Virus record (IMG/VR): IMGVR_UViG_2660238346_000033
From: a virus
Lineage: Duplodnaviria > Heunggongvirae > Uroviricota > Caudoviricetes
Length of the DNA: 37,514 nucleotides
Reading direction: 5' to 3' (one strand)
Position numbers and translations under genes: made by a program. Below the pieces are notes generated by a model. It worked only from the letters and a program-made list of their open reading frames with translations, did no database searches and was not told the origin of the DNA. Shown one piece after another: positions 28,628 to 36,512 of this stretch. Positions within the stretch are counted from its first letter, which is position 1, and the number at the start of each line of letters is the position of its first letter.

Positions 28628-29587
28628 TTACTCCTTGTCCATTGCGTACAACCCATTAACCAGAGCAAACTGTGGCACCCCGTCCGCGATGAAAGTCGCA
28701 TTAACTCCGCAGGCTTCGCGGATAGCGGGTGCCACAATCTCCGCCCCGCCACCGACAACCATCACCCGCCCGTAACCCGAAAAACCCGCCAGCGCGCGGA
28801 TCACGCGTTGTTTCAGTGTTTCTTCCTTTTCACGAATAACCGCCATCAGGCTGGCGTAATGCGCGTCATTATGGATGTGCTGGCGCAGCCAGGCTTCATC
28901 ATGGCGATGTTCGATAATGGTATTGGCGATGTGGTGACTGGTGCGCATACCGTTAGTGGCCATCACCGACAGTACGGCATCGGCCATCAGAGAAACGCCT
29001 ACGTGTGGATCGCAAAACACCTGGCTGATACCTGCCAGTTGCCCCTGAACCTTTGCCACATCCAGCGTGGTTCCGCCCAAATCCACAATCAGCAGGGATT
29101 CAAACGGACTCATGTCAGCCAGTGCCTTAAAGCCAGCCGGAATGGATTCAGGCATAACCCGCACGTTACGGATAGTGAATGCTTCGCCGTGCTGGTACTC
29201 CACCGGGCGCATAACGTTCGCTTTTTTGCGGTTGATGTTGGCCATGTCCGGCTGTGCGTTTGTGTCGAAATACTCGCTCAGTGGCAGGGTGACAACCACA
29301 TCCACCTCCTGTGGCGTGATGCCTGATTTGACCAGCGCGTGATGAATGGCAATGACATTCACATCGCTGTACTGGTATTGCGTGTCGGTCGTCTGGACAA
29401 AGCGATCGCTGACCGGATCAAAACCATAGCGCACGCCATCAAGCATGTAGTTCGCGGGCTGCGTGCCACCGAACGGCGCAGACCATTCCGACTTGAAGCT
29501 GTTCGGGCTGATGGCGTTGCGGCGTTCGCCGTTCTCAGTCCATGCCAGCTTGATGTTGGTGGAGCCGTCGTCGATACAAATTTTCAT
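28628..29587 (-). CDS. parM: ParM/StbA-like actin-type segregation ATPase
   Basis: MKICIDDGSTNIKLAW... (phosphate-1), LIVDLGGTTLDV (phosphate-2), VMVVGGGAEIV (adenosine) motifs; N-terminus closely resembles R1 ParM. Confidence 0.8.
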   Translation of the reverse strand: MKICIDDGSTNIKLAWTENGERRNAISPNSFKSEWSAPFGGTQPANYMLDGVRYGFDPVSDRFVQTTDTQYQYSDVNVIAIHHALVKSGITPQEVDVVVTLPLSEYFDTNAQPDMANINRKKANVMRPVEYQHGEAFTIRNVRVMPESIPAGFKALADMSPFESLLIVDLGGTTLDVAKVQGQLAGISQVFCDPHVGVSLMADAVLSVMATNGMRTSHHIANTIIEHRHDEAWLRQHIHNDAHYASLMAVIREKEETLKQRVIRALAGFSGYGRVMVVGGGAEIVAPAIREACGVNATFIADGVPQFALVNGLYAMDKE

Positions 29588-29621
29588 GTCGCTTTTCCTT
29601 ATGTTGATTAATTAATCGTTT

Positions 29622-29714
29622 ACGGGATTCTGAAATCCCGTTTTTGCCTGTTTTGTGTGCGCTTTATATATCGCGGCGCGTTTTTTGCTCATTTACGGGA
29701 TTTGTGAATCCCGT
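29622..29714. repeat. two 20-bp palindromes flanking the parMR promoter (parC-like operator/centromere)
   Basis: ACGGGATTCTGAAATCCCGT (29622-29641) and ACGGGATTTGTGAATCCCGT (29695-29714); the second lies in the last codons of gene A. Confidence 0.55.
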
Positions 29715-32486
29715 TTCTGTCTGTTTTTTGTTTCCACTGGTCAGGCCACCCCGCAGCAGGTTTGCTTTGCGGCGGGCGCGTTCAGTGGTTTCACTGATTC
29801 TCTGTGCGTGCTCTGCGTCGCGGATGGCGCGCAGCATGTCAGAAAGTACGGTAACGGGTGTTTTCATGGTGTTCTGGTCTTGCTGAAGTGTGGATGCCAG
29901 GCGTGCGGCGGCTTCGGGGTCTGATGCCCCCAGCTGCTCCAGATAGCTGGCGACCGGGTTATGGCGGATCTCCGTGCTGCTTGCGCCGTGGTTACGGCTC
30001 AGGCGCTGCCAGAGCTGCGTGATCCGGCTGTCCGGTCGGGTATCCGGTTTGCGTACAATTTCAAATCCCTGCGGTGCAATGATGCTGCCGTCAACGTACA
30101 GACTGCCGCCCCGTAACAGGTGCTGCATTTGCTGTTCACCGATATGCAGGCCGAGAGATTCAGCAGACTCCCGCCATTCTTTAGCGAGTAATTCGTGGTT
30201 ATCAGGCAAAGGCCGCTGCTGTTTGCGGCTCTGTGTCCAGCTCTGCATTTCATCACTGCTGTTTTTTGCCTGTTTGTCACGAAGCGAACGCATCAGCGCC
30301 CGGCGTTCGTGCCGTTTCAGTGAGCGCATCCATTCGTTCACGTCAACGCCGTCAGGAAGCTGCGGCCACGGTGCTGGCCGTTCTTCCGGCTGTTCTGTCC
30401 CGTTGTTGTCCGTTTCCTGTACACGGGGACAGTTATTGCCACGAGTCCAAGGGGCGGCAGGGCCGCCCTGAAGGTCAAAACCATTTTCGCGGGCGCTGTC
30501 TTCCGCTTCCGGTTTACGTCTTACCAGCTTCCAGTTATCCGGGTGCGTGCACACGCGGGAAGATTCCCCGATTTGTGGCGACCAGATCCCGTAAATCTGT
30601 ACGCTTTGCTCGCCGTAATCGTTCAGCTCTTCTGCGAGGTCGTAGGCGGTGCGAATCAGGTAGTCTTTGCGTGGAACAAGTACGCCACCCTGTTTCTCAA
30701 TGTAGGTGGCAAAACACCCGGCATCAGCGGCAGCGAGTACCGCATCCATTGCGTCATTTTCCAGACGTTGTGGACCTTCCGGGTTGCGGGCCATCTGACT
30801 GGCAAGGCGGCGGAGTTCACGCCATACCTGACGGGAGGGGATACCAAAGAACTGGAACTGGCGGATGCGGTGAAGACGCGCCCAGCCGATGGCGCGTTCC
30901 ACGCTCTCGGCCATTGATTTTCCGGTTTCGTGGTCCACGCGTGGCTTGTCCGTTTTCGGGTCGATGCCATCCACGGCGCGGCTGTCCAGGTTCTTTCCGA
31001 TGTAGGTGGCGATGTAGCTGGTTGGCGTGCCTTTTGAGCCGTCGACATACTCCACCTTAAAGCGCGGAGTAATATCATTGCCCAGCTCGTGGCGGTCTTC
31101 CTGAATGGCAATATCGCGGGTATGGGACACAATGGTGTCGATTTCTTCCGGATGTGCAAAGACCATCATATGCCAGTGTACGGTGCCGTCATGATGAGGC
31201 TCCACCGTGCGGATGCCATACCAGCGCAGGTCGTCGCGGTTCAGTTTTTTGCGGACCGCCGCAAAAAACGTGTTAACCAGGTAATCGCTGGAGTCGCGCA
31301 TTGTGGCCCCGTTCCATTTGGGATTCGGATGACCGTTCTCCGTTGTGGCGTGGTATTTTGACGGGCAGGTGACAGTCAGAAACACCGCTTTGTCGCCACG
31401 GGCTTCGGCCAGAAGTTCCAGCCCCTTCATGGTGGCCATCATTTCTGCCTTACGGTGAACCGGGTTACTTACTCCCGCGTAATACACCGTCTCGAGATCA
31501 ATCGTGAACCCGTCTTCATTTTCCAGCATGAAACTTTTCAGGAAATCGCGTGTTTTCTCGCGCTGTGCGCGAAACTCGCTTAACGCGTCCTGGCTCAGAT
31601 AGGGCGATGTTTTTCTGGAAACCAGACAGGCGGCGCGGAGTTGTTCTTCTCTCCACTCGCAACGTAACAGCCACAGTTTGCGTTTCCACCATTCCGCACA
31701 GGTCAGGCGAAGGATTGCGCCCGGCAGCAGTTCTGTGTCCGGTTCGTGCCTCCGGTCTTTGTCTGTTGTCAGTGCGTCATAATGCGGAGGCATGGCGTGT
31801 AAGTGTAACGCCATGCGGGCCAGCATCTGATACGCCTTCAGCGTTACATCCATGGTCAGCTCGCCATTAGTCGCGCCAAAACCATCGCAGAGTTTTTCGA
31901 AGGTGCTGCTGAACATCGCCGCCGTCATGGTGGCCAGCGTCTGTATCTGGTGTTTGTTGAGTTGCGGCAGGTAAAGCAAATCGTCCAGGCGTTCACGTCC
32001 GGCAAGGGAGCGATAACCCGATGTCAGCCATCGGTGATCGGTGCGCTCCAGACGTTCGAATATTTTGCGCAGGGTCCCACGCGCATAGCGTTCTGCCTGC
32101 CTGGCGTTTTTTCCTTTCTGACGATCGGCTTCCTGTTTTTTGCGCAGGAAGGAGAGGTGGCGAATAAGCGGATCGCGCAGATAGGACGGCAGCAGGCGCA
32201 GTGAGGCCATGGCCTCATCTACCGCGCCGCGTGCCTGTTTTCTGGCGTCTCCTGCCAGTGTGATTGTTTTGTCCTGTTTTTCCTGTGCGTCCAGGCTTTT
32301 ATTAATCAGGTTGCCCAGCGGCGTGGCGGAGAACGCCGCATCAGCCATTTCCTGGCGGCGCTCGTTCTCTGCCCGGTAGGCATCCAGCCAGGAGGAAAGC
32401 GCGGATTCAGGAGCGGGGATCCCCGTTCCTTCACGCCCCACTGCGTGGCGCGGTTGTTGCCAGTCCCTGATGTACTCTGCCGTCAT
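29664..32486 (-). CDS. A: rolling-circle replication initiation endonuclease (P2 gpA-like)
   Basis: 940-aa ORF with HUH-type motif (VHWHMMVF) and conserved central region; longer than P2 gpA. Confidence 0.85.
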   Translation of the reverse strand: MTAEYIRDWQQPRHAVGREGTGIPAPESALSSWLDAYRAENERRQEMADAAFSATPLGNLINKSLDAQEKQDKTITLAGDARKQARGAVDEAMASLRLLPSYLRDPLIRHLSFLRKKQEADRQKGKNARQAERYARGTLRKIFERLERTDHRWLTSGYRSLAGRERLDDLLYLPQLNKHQIQTLATMTAAMFSSTFEKLCDGFGATNGELTMDVTLKAYQMLARMALHLHAMPPHYDALTTDKDRRHEPDTELLPGAILRLTCAEWWKRKLWLLRCEWREEQLRAACLVSRKTSPYLSQDALSEFRAQREKTRDFLKSFMLENEDGFTIDLETVYYAGVSNPVHRKAEMMATMKGLELLAEARGDKAVFLTVTCPSKYHATTENGHPNPKWNGATMRDSSDYLVNTFFAAVRKKLNRDDLRWYGIRTVEPHHDGTVHWHMMVFAHPEEIDTIVSHTRDIAIQEDRHELGNDITPRFKVEYVDGSKGTPTSYIATYIGKNLDSRAVDGIDPKTDKPRVDHETGKSMAESVERAIGWARLHRIRQFQFFGIPSRQVWRELRRLASQMARNPEGPQRLENDAMDAVLAAADAGCFATYIEKQGGVLVPRKDYLIRTAYDLAEELNDYGEQSVQIYGIWSPQIGESSRVCTHPDNWKLVRRKPEAEDSARENGFDLQGGPAAPWTRGNNCPRVQETDNNGTEQPEERPAPWPQLPDGVDVNEWMRSLKRHERRALMRSLRDKQAKNSSDEMQSWTQSRKQQRPLPDNHELLAKEWRESAESLGLHIGEQQMQHLLRGGSLYVDGSIIAPQGFEIVRKPDTRPDSRITQLWQRLSRNHGASSTEIRHNPVASYLEQLGASDPEAAARLASTLQQDQNTMKTPVTVLSDMLRAIRDAEHAQRISETTERARRKANLLRGGLTSGNKKQTETGFTNPVNEQKTRRDI

Positions 32487-32492
32487 AGTGAT

Positions 32493-32858
32493 TTACTTCG
32501 TCATGCCATTCAGGGTGTCGCGGCAGACTGTAGCCAGCCGCTGAATTTCCAGCACGGTGTCTTCTGTGTCGGCATGGCGATGTGTGATGCGGATGCTGTC
32601 GGCAATCACATTGACGATTGCAGAGGATGGGCGCTGGTAAATGCCAATAACGGACGGGGTGCCACCTTCAATGCGGTAAAGCCTGTAATTTCCCTCGTGG
32701 CTGTCAATCATGTAGCGACCATCAATAACAATCTTTCCGTCAGCGAGCTGCGGTACAAGCAGGGATTTCAGGTACATGTCATAACGTTCACGCACGCGAA
32801 CGGCAAGATCACGCTCTGTGTTGAGCAGGTATTCAAGAAAGTCGTTGGCGAGAATCAT
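32493..32858 (-). CDS. hypothetical early-region protein
   Basis: 121-aa ORF ending 7 bp before the A start; no recognisable motif. Confidence 0.45.
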   Translation of the reverse strand: MILANDFLEYLLNTERDLAVRVRERYDMYLKSLLVPQLADGKIVIDGRYMIDSHEGNYRLYRIEGGTPSVIGIYQRPSSAIVNVIADSIRITHRHADTEDTVLEIQRLATVCRDTLNGMTK

Positions 32859-32999
32859 TGCGGCAATCCTCTTGTTACAGATGTGCGAAGGCCTCCCGCC
32901 ACAAGGTGCAGGAAAGACCCGGAACAGGAATTAATGGAGTTTGTTTTGCTGCCGGATGAGCTGCTGAAGCCCGACGTGGTTTCCGGCAGTTGGAGGTGC

Positions 33000-33245
33000 T
33001 CATGCTCTGATTTCCCTCAGTAGCTGGTTGAACATCTGGGTTAGTGGGTTGCTACACCCAAACGGCATCGGGTTTACCTGATAAGAAAAGCGACCGCCTG
33101 TTTTGCGCTCTTTTCTTATGACTGAACCGCTGCGCCAGAGACGGCGTAGCTCCGCATTAATGGTTGTGGTTGGTGTATTCAGTGCTGCGGCGATTTCTCC
33201 ACCGCTACAACCCGGATTGGCAGCGATGTAGTCCAGAATGGTCAT
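33000..33245 (-). CDS. small early-region protein, possible winged-helix DNA-binding
   Basis: Start placed at MTILDYIAANPG..., whose ATG overlaps the stop of the upstream ORF. Confidence 0.4.
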   Translation of the reverse strand: MTILDYIAANPGCSGGEIAAALNTPTTTINAELRRLWRSGSVIRKERKTGGRFSYQVNPMPFGCSNPLTQMFNQLLREIRA

Positions 33246-33445
33246 CTGCGTGACTCCTGTACCTGTCTGATAAGATTTACCTGCACCACGTTGGTGGCGC
33301 AAAAGTAAGTGCCGTCAGTGAGATAGATGTGATGTGCATCCTTTTCTGAACGGTGTTTGTCGATTGTGGTAATCAGGCGTTCGTCAACTTCGTATTCACG
33401 TCCTTTGGAGGTGAAACGAACGACGGGAAAATGCTTAATTGCCAT
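33242..33445 (-). CDS. hypothetical early-region protein
   Basis: Start at MAIKHFPVV... supported by AAGGAGG RBS. Confidence 0.45.
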   Translation of the reverse strand: MAIKHFPVVRFTSKGREYEVDERLITTIDKHRSEKDAHHIYLTDGTYFCATNVVQVNLIRQVQESRR

Positions 33446-33531
33446 TACGCCTCCTTGGCGTGTGCGAATACCTCCGCGAATGCGGATTGTTTTCACATTT
33501 TCTTATTTAACCTGGGGTCTTATTTGCGCGG

Positions 33532-33645
33532 TTATTCTTCAGTGAAAAAGCGTTCAATCTTTTTTACTGAATTAATAATTCGCATAATCCCAATGGCGCA
33601 GACCACCGAAATAATCAGAACAAGCCATGAGATAAATATACTCAT
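33532..33645 (-). CDS. small single-pass membrane peptide (37 aa)
   Basis: MSIFISWLVLIISVVCAIGIMRIINSVKKIERFFTEE; ATG overlaps the stop of the upstream ORF; below the ORF-track cutoff. Confidence 0.35.
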   Translation of the reverse strand: MSIFISWLVLIISVVCAIGIMRIINSVKKIERFFTEE

Positions 33646-33887
33646 GCGATATTTCCCAGCTTATACGGTTCAATATGTTCCCCGCATTCTGCGGCATAGA
33701 TCAGCTCGGAAAGTTCGTTAAGTGCATCCAGATCATCAGCGTAAAAAGCCACGTCATACAGACTTCGGATTGCTCTGGTCAATGAGTCACGGGCCGCACG
33801 TTCAGCATGAGCGCCTGATGCACTTAAGCGAAAATAAAAACGCTCAAGTGCTTTGTTAATGAGAGTTTTATATTCTTTGCCCATCAC
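33642..33887 (-). CDS. hypothetical early-region protein
   Basis: 81-aa ORF in the same operon. Confidence 0.4.
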   Translation of the reverse strand: MMGKEYKTLINKALERFYFRLSASGAHAERAARDSLTRAIRSLYDVAFYADDLDALNELSELIYAAECGEHIEPYKLGNIA

Positions 33888-33895
33888 AACGCCCT

Positions 33896-34174
33896 TTAAT
33901 CTGCTTTCTGAATTTCAGCTTCTGAATCCATACAAATAATTTCGATATAGGGGTCATCGCCATTAACCTGACGTGCCTTTTCAGCTTCGCTAATGATTTC
34001 TCGTACGGTCTGGTACGGAAGCTCCACAGTCAGGCGCGTACCGTTCAGATAAACGTAAGTAGCTGCGTTTTTTTCGGATGGAACAACTCCGTCAATGGCT
34101 GATGCGCGTAATAACAGTTCACCGCGAAAATCAATAAAACGGATAAATACACCTTGTGCATGCTCTTTGGTCAT
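33896..34174 (-). CDS. hypothetical early-region protein
   Basis: Start placed at internal MTKEHAQGVF... Confidence 0.4.
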   Translation of the reverse strand: MTKEHAQGVFIRFIDFRGELLLRASAIDGVVPSEKNAATYVYLNGTRLTVELPYQTVREIISEAEKARQVNGDDPYIEIICMDSEAEIQKAD

Positions 34175-34184
34175 AAAGCACCTG

Positions 34185-34535
34185 TTATAAATCAGCCTGT
34201 TTAATAAAACTTTGCCCGCGAAGCAGACGATCAACCGTGCGAAGTGCTTCGTATAATGTGAAATCCTGCCCGAAGTGATTGTCGCCGCAGTTCAATGCAA
34301 AAATGCGGTTTCCGGTAAACGGATTGCGTGGGCATTTGTGGACCACGATTCCAGCTTTCTCAATCAGCCAGGCATGCTCGCCGATTTGTTTTACAGCGTG
34401 GCCATCCGGTGTTGCGTGCGTCTCGTTCAGGTTATAGCGACTGTTACTACGTGATGCACTGGTAGCGACGTGGTGTACATGGCGTTCTACGCCATTACGA
34501 AATTTGGAGTATGGATTATTAGCGTTTTTTTTCAT
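34185..34535 (-). CDS. hypothetical early-region protein
   Basis: 116-aa ORF with His/Cys-containing C-terminal half; function not recognisable. Confidence 0.4.
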   Translation of the reverse strand: MKKNANNPYSKFRNGVERHVHHVATSASRSNSRYNLNETHATPDGHAVKQIGEHAWLIEKAGIVVHKCPRNPFTGNRIFALNCGDNHFGQDFTLYEALRTVDRLLRGQSFIKQADL

Positions 34536-34556
34536 GATGGTGCTCTGTTCATTGTT

Positions 34557-34760
34557 TTAGCTGTTAGCCAAAGCGTCTTTTAACATCGCCACAAGGTTTA
34601 CTTCAGGCTTTTCCATTTTGGCGCGTTTGGGTCGGATAATAATTCGACCGTCAGCCAACATCTTTTTGCATGTATTAAGAGGGATACCTGTTATCTCTGC
34701 ATATTTCTGCAGGGATACATAGGGGGCATTCACATTGATATTGATGGTTATACCTGACAT
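34557..34760 (-). CDS. small HTH DNA-binding protein (excisionase/Cox-Apl-like)
   Basis: YVSLQKYAEITGIPLNTCKKMLADGRI HTH-like segment; second gene of the lytic operon. Confidence 0.45.
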   Translation of the reverse strand: MSGITININVNAPYVSLQKYAEITGIPLNTCKKMLADGRIIIRPKRAKMEKPEVNLVAMLKDALANS

Positions 34761-34776
34761 CCCACTAGCCTCCTGA

Positions 34777-34983
34777 TCAGGAAGATTTGTTTTGTTCTTT
34801 CTGGGTTAGCTCTAGGCCGCGAAGGAAGATCATGCGCGCCATGTTAGAGGATGAGCGTTGTTCTTTAGCTGCCATTTCATCAATGACGGCTCGCTCCTCG
34901 AGGGACAGCCGAAGTGCCAGTCTTGGACCTGTGGCGGTGTTACGCGGAATGCGTGATCTGGTATCGTGAAGAACTTGTTTCAT
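34777..34983 (-). CDS. small ribbon-helix-helix-type regulator (Cro/Cox-analogue)
   Basis: RLALRLSLEERAVIDEMAAKEQRSSSNMARMIFLRGLE resembles RHH folds; first gene divergent from the repressor. Confidence 0.5.
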   Translation of the reverse strand: MKQVLHDTRSRIPRNTATGPRLALRLSLEERAVIDEMAAKEQRSSSNMARMIFLRGLELTQKEQNKSS

Positions 34984-35059
34984 AGTGGTATATTGTGATC
35001 ATCTAATAGCTCGTGAAATCATTTTGGTATCAAAAAAGATACCTGTCAAGGTTTTTTGT
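34984..35059. promoter_or_regulatory. lysis-lysogeny switch region with operator-like palindrome
   Basis: 76-bp divergent intergenic region; perfect palindrome GGTATC-AAAAAA-GATACC at 35026-35043; further GGTAT half-sites at about 34960 and 34987. Confidence 0.5.
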
Positions 35060-35464
35060 ATGAAAAATGATATTGGTCAGCGGTTGCGTGAGGAAAGGGA
35101 AAGATTGGGACTTAGTCAAGTTGCCATGAGCGACATTGGTGGAGTCAAAAAGCTAACTCAGCTTAGATATGAGAAAGGAGATAGCTTTCCTGATGCTGCG
35201 TATTTGGCAGCGCTGTCTCGTTTTGGCCTTGATGTTCAGTATGTTGTGTTGGGAATTCACTCACCTGAAACTTATAACGATGATGAGCAGGAGTTGATTA
35301 CTCGCTTTCGAGCAGCTTCGTTAGATGTGAAAAATGCGGTGATTGGGGCTTTAAAAGGTGCGATCAGTGAAAAGGAAACTCAGCCATCAGGACGTGAGTT
35401 AAATATTTCTGGTGGTAATAACCGTATCGCTGGTCGTGACTATAACGAAACTAAGGGTAGGTGA
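35060..35464 (+). CDS. immunity repressor (XRE-family HTH, C/CI-like)
   Basis: IGQRLREERERLGLSQVAMSDIGGVKKLTQLRYEKG HTH; divergent from the lytic operon and co-oriented with integrase. Confidence 0.7.
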   Translation: MKNDIGQRLREERERLGLSQVAMSDIGGVKKLTQLRYEKGDSFPDAAYLAALSRFGLDVQYVVLGIHSPETYNDDEQELITRFRAASLDVKNAVIGALKGAISEKETQPSGRELNISGGNNRIAGRDYNETKGR

Positions 35465-35479
35465 TAGTAGGGAGGTGAC

Positions 35480-36130
35480 ATGGCCGTCAACTCAAACGGT
35501 TCAAACAATCGCGTTGCTGGGCGTGATTTTCACGAAAAGAATATTCAGATAGAGCGATATGATGGTTCTCAGACCGTCAATATCGCAATCCCTTCGAATA
35601 ATGATGATGACGATCGCCCTTTGCTTAAGGCTCAGCGTAAGGAGCTAAATAGCTTGGTTGCTGCTATTGCAGAAGCTAGCAATACTGAAGCGTTTATTAT
35701 TTGGCAAAAAGTACATGCGGAGATTGGTGTAGCTGGTATTGATGATATGACAGTAAATCAATATAAAACAGCGGAGAGTTTTCTGCATGCAATGCTTGAG
35801 CGATGTAAAGATCATGATGCCTGTAAGGCTCTTGTAAGTTTATTACTACGTAACAGTGAAGACTGTGGACTTCGACAAAAACTTCTGCGGTATTGCCATA
35901 TCAATTTCGGTACAGGACGTTTAAACGATCTTACTCGTTCTCAGTTACAGTCTGCATTGTCGTGGTTAGAGCAACAATCGGCATCAAGCCACACAGAGAG
36001 TTCGACCTTACCAGAAGTCCGACTTCGTGCTTCAGAATTAATCCGACTTTATCCAAAAGAAATAATATTCTTTATCTGCGTAGGGGTTTTGGTAGGCGGT
36101 GTCATTTCTAGGGCGTTTTTTAATTTGTAA
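35480..36130 (+). CDS. cargo protein with C-terminal transmembrane anchor, unknown function
   Basis: 216-aa ORF, GGAGG RBS, C-terminal hydrophobic helix IIFFICVGVLVGGVISRAFF; AT-rich. Confidence 0.55.
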   Translation: MAVNSNGSNNRVAGRDFHEKNIQIERYDGSQTVNIAIPSNNDDDDRPLLKAQRKELNSLVAAIAEASNTEAFIIWQKVHAEIGVAGIDDMTVNQYKTAESFLHAMLERCKDHDACKALVSLLLRNSEDCGLRQKLLRYCHINFGTGRLNDLTRSQLQSALSWLEQQSASSHTESSTLPEVRLRASELIRLYPKEIIFFICVGVLVGGVISRAFFNL

Positions 36131-36159
36131 TCTTACTTGAGCTAAATTGAGGTAATGAT

Positions 36160-36507
36160 ATGAAAGTAAAAAAGGTTCAACTATTAGTTACTTTTTTATC
36201 TATGTTTTCTTTTTCCGCCGTCGCAATGCCTTTTAAAACTATTGAACGTGAGAGTTTCAATGGGGTATGGCCATTTAATACTGATGAGGTTCAATTACAG
36301 TGTCTTGATGGTAATCCTTATGTGATGAATTTTGACGATAATAAGTTATATGCACTTACAGGTTTGGCTCGAATAAAAGGTAAAACATTTGGTGCGTTAC
36401 CGTTAGATAACAATAATCCATTTTGGCTAGATAATGATGCCGCCCCAGGGTTAAAAAAGAGTCTGGGGGATGTCACTAAGGCTGCATTTGATTTATGTGA
36501 TAAGTAA
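36160..36507 (+). CDS. small secreted/periplasmic cargo protein, unknown function
   Basis: 115-aa ORF with signal peptide MKVKKVQLLVTFLSMFSFSAVA; AT-rich; ends 6 bp before integrase. Confidence 0.55.
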   Translation: MKVKKVQLLVTFLSMFSFSAVAMPFKTIERESFNGVWPFNTDEVQLQCLDGNPYVMNFDDNKLYALTGLARIKGKTFGALPLDNNNPFWLDNDAAPGLKKSLGDVTKAAFDLCDK

Positions 36508-36512
36508 CTAAA

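Noticed and set aside
29974-31361. Several plus-strand ORFs (165, 275, 124 and 90 aa)
   Set aside because: All are embedded antisense within the replication gene A; Arg/Cys/Pro-rich low-complexity translations typical of spurious frames.
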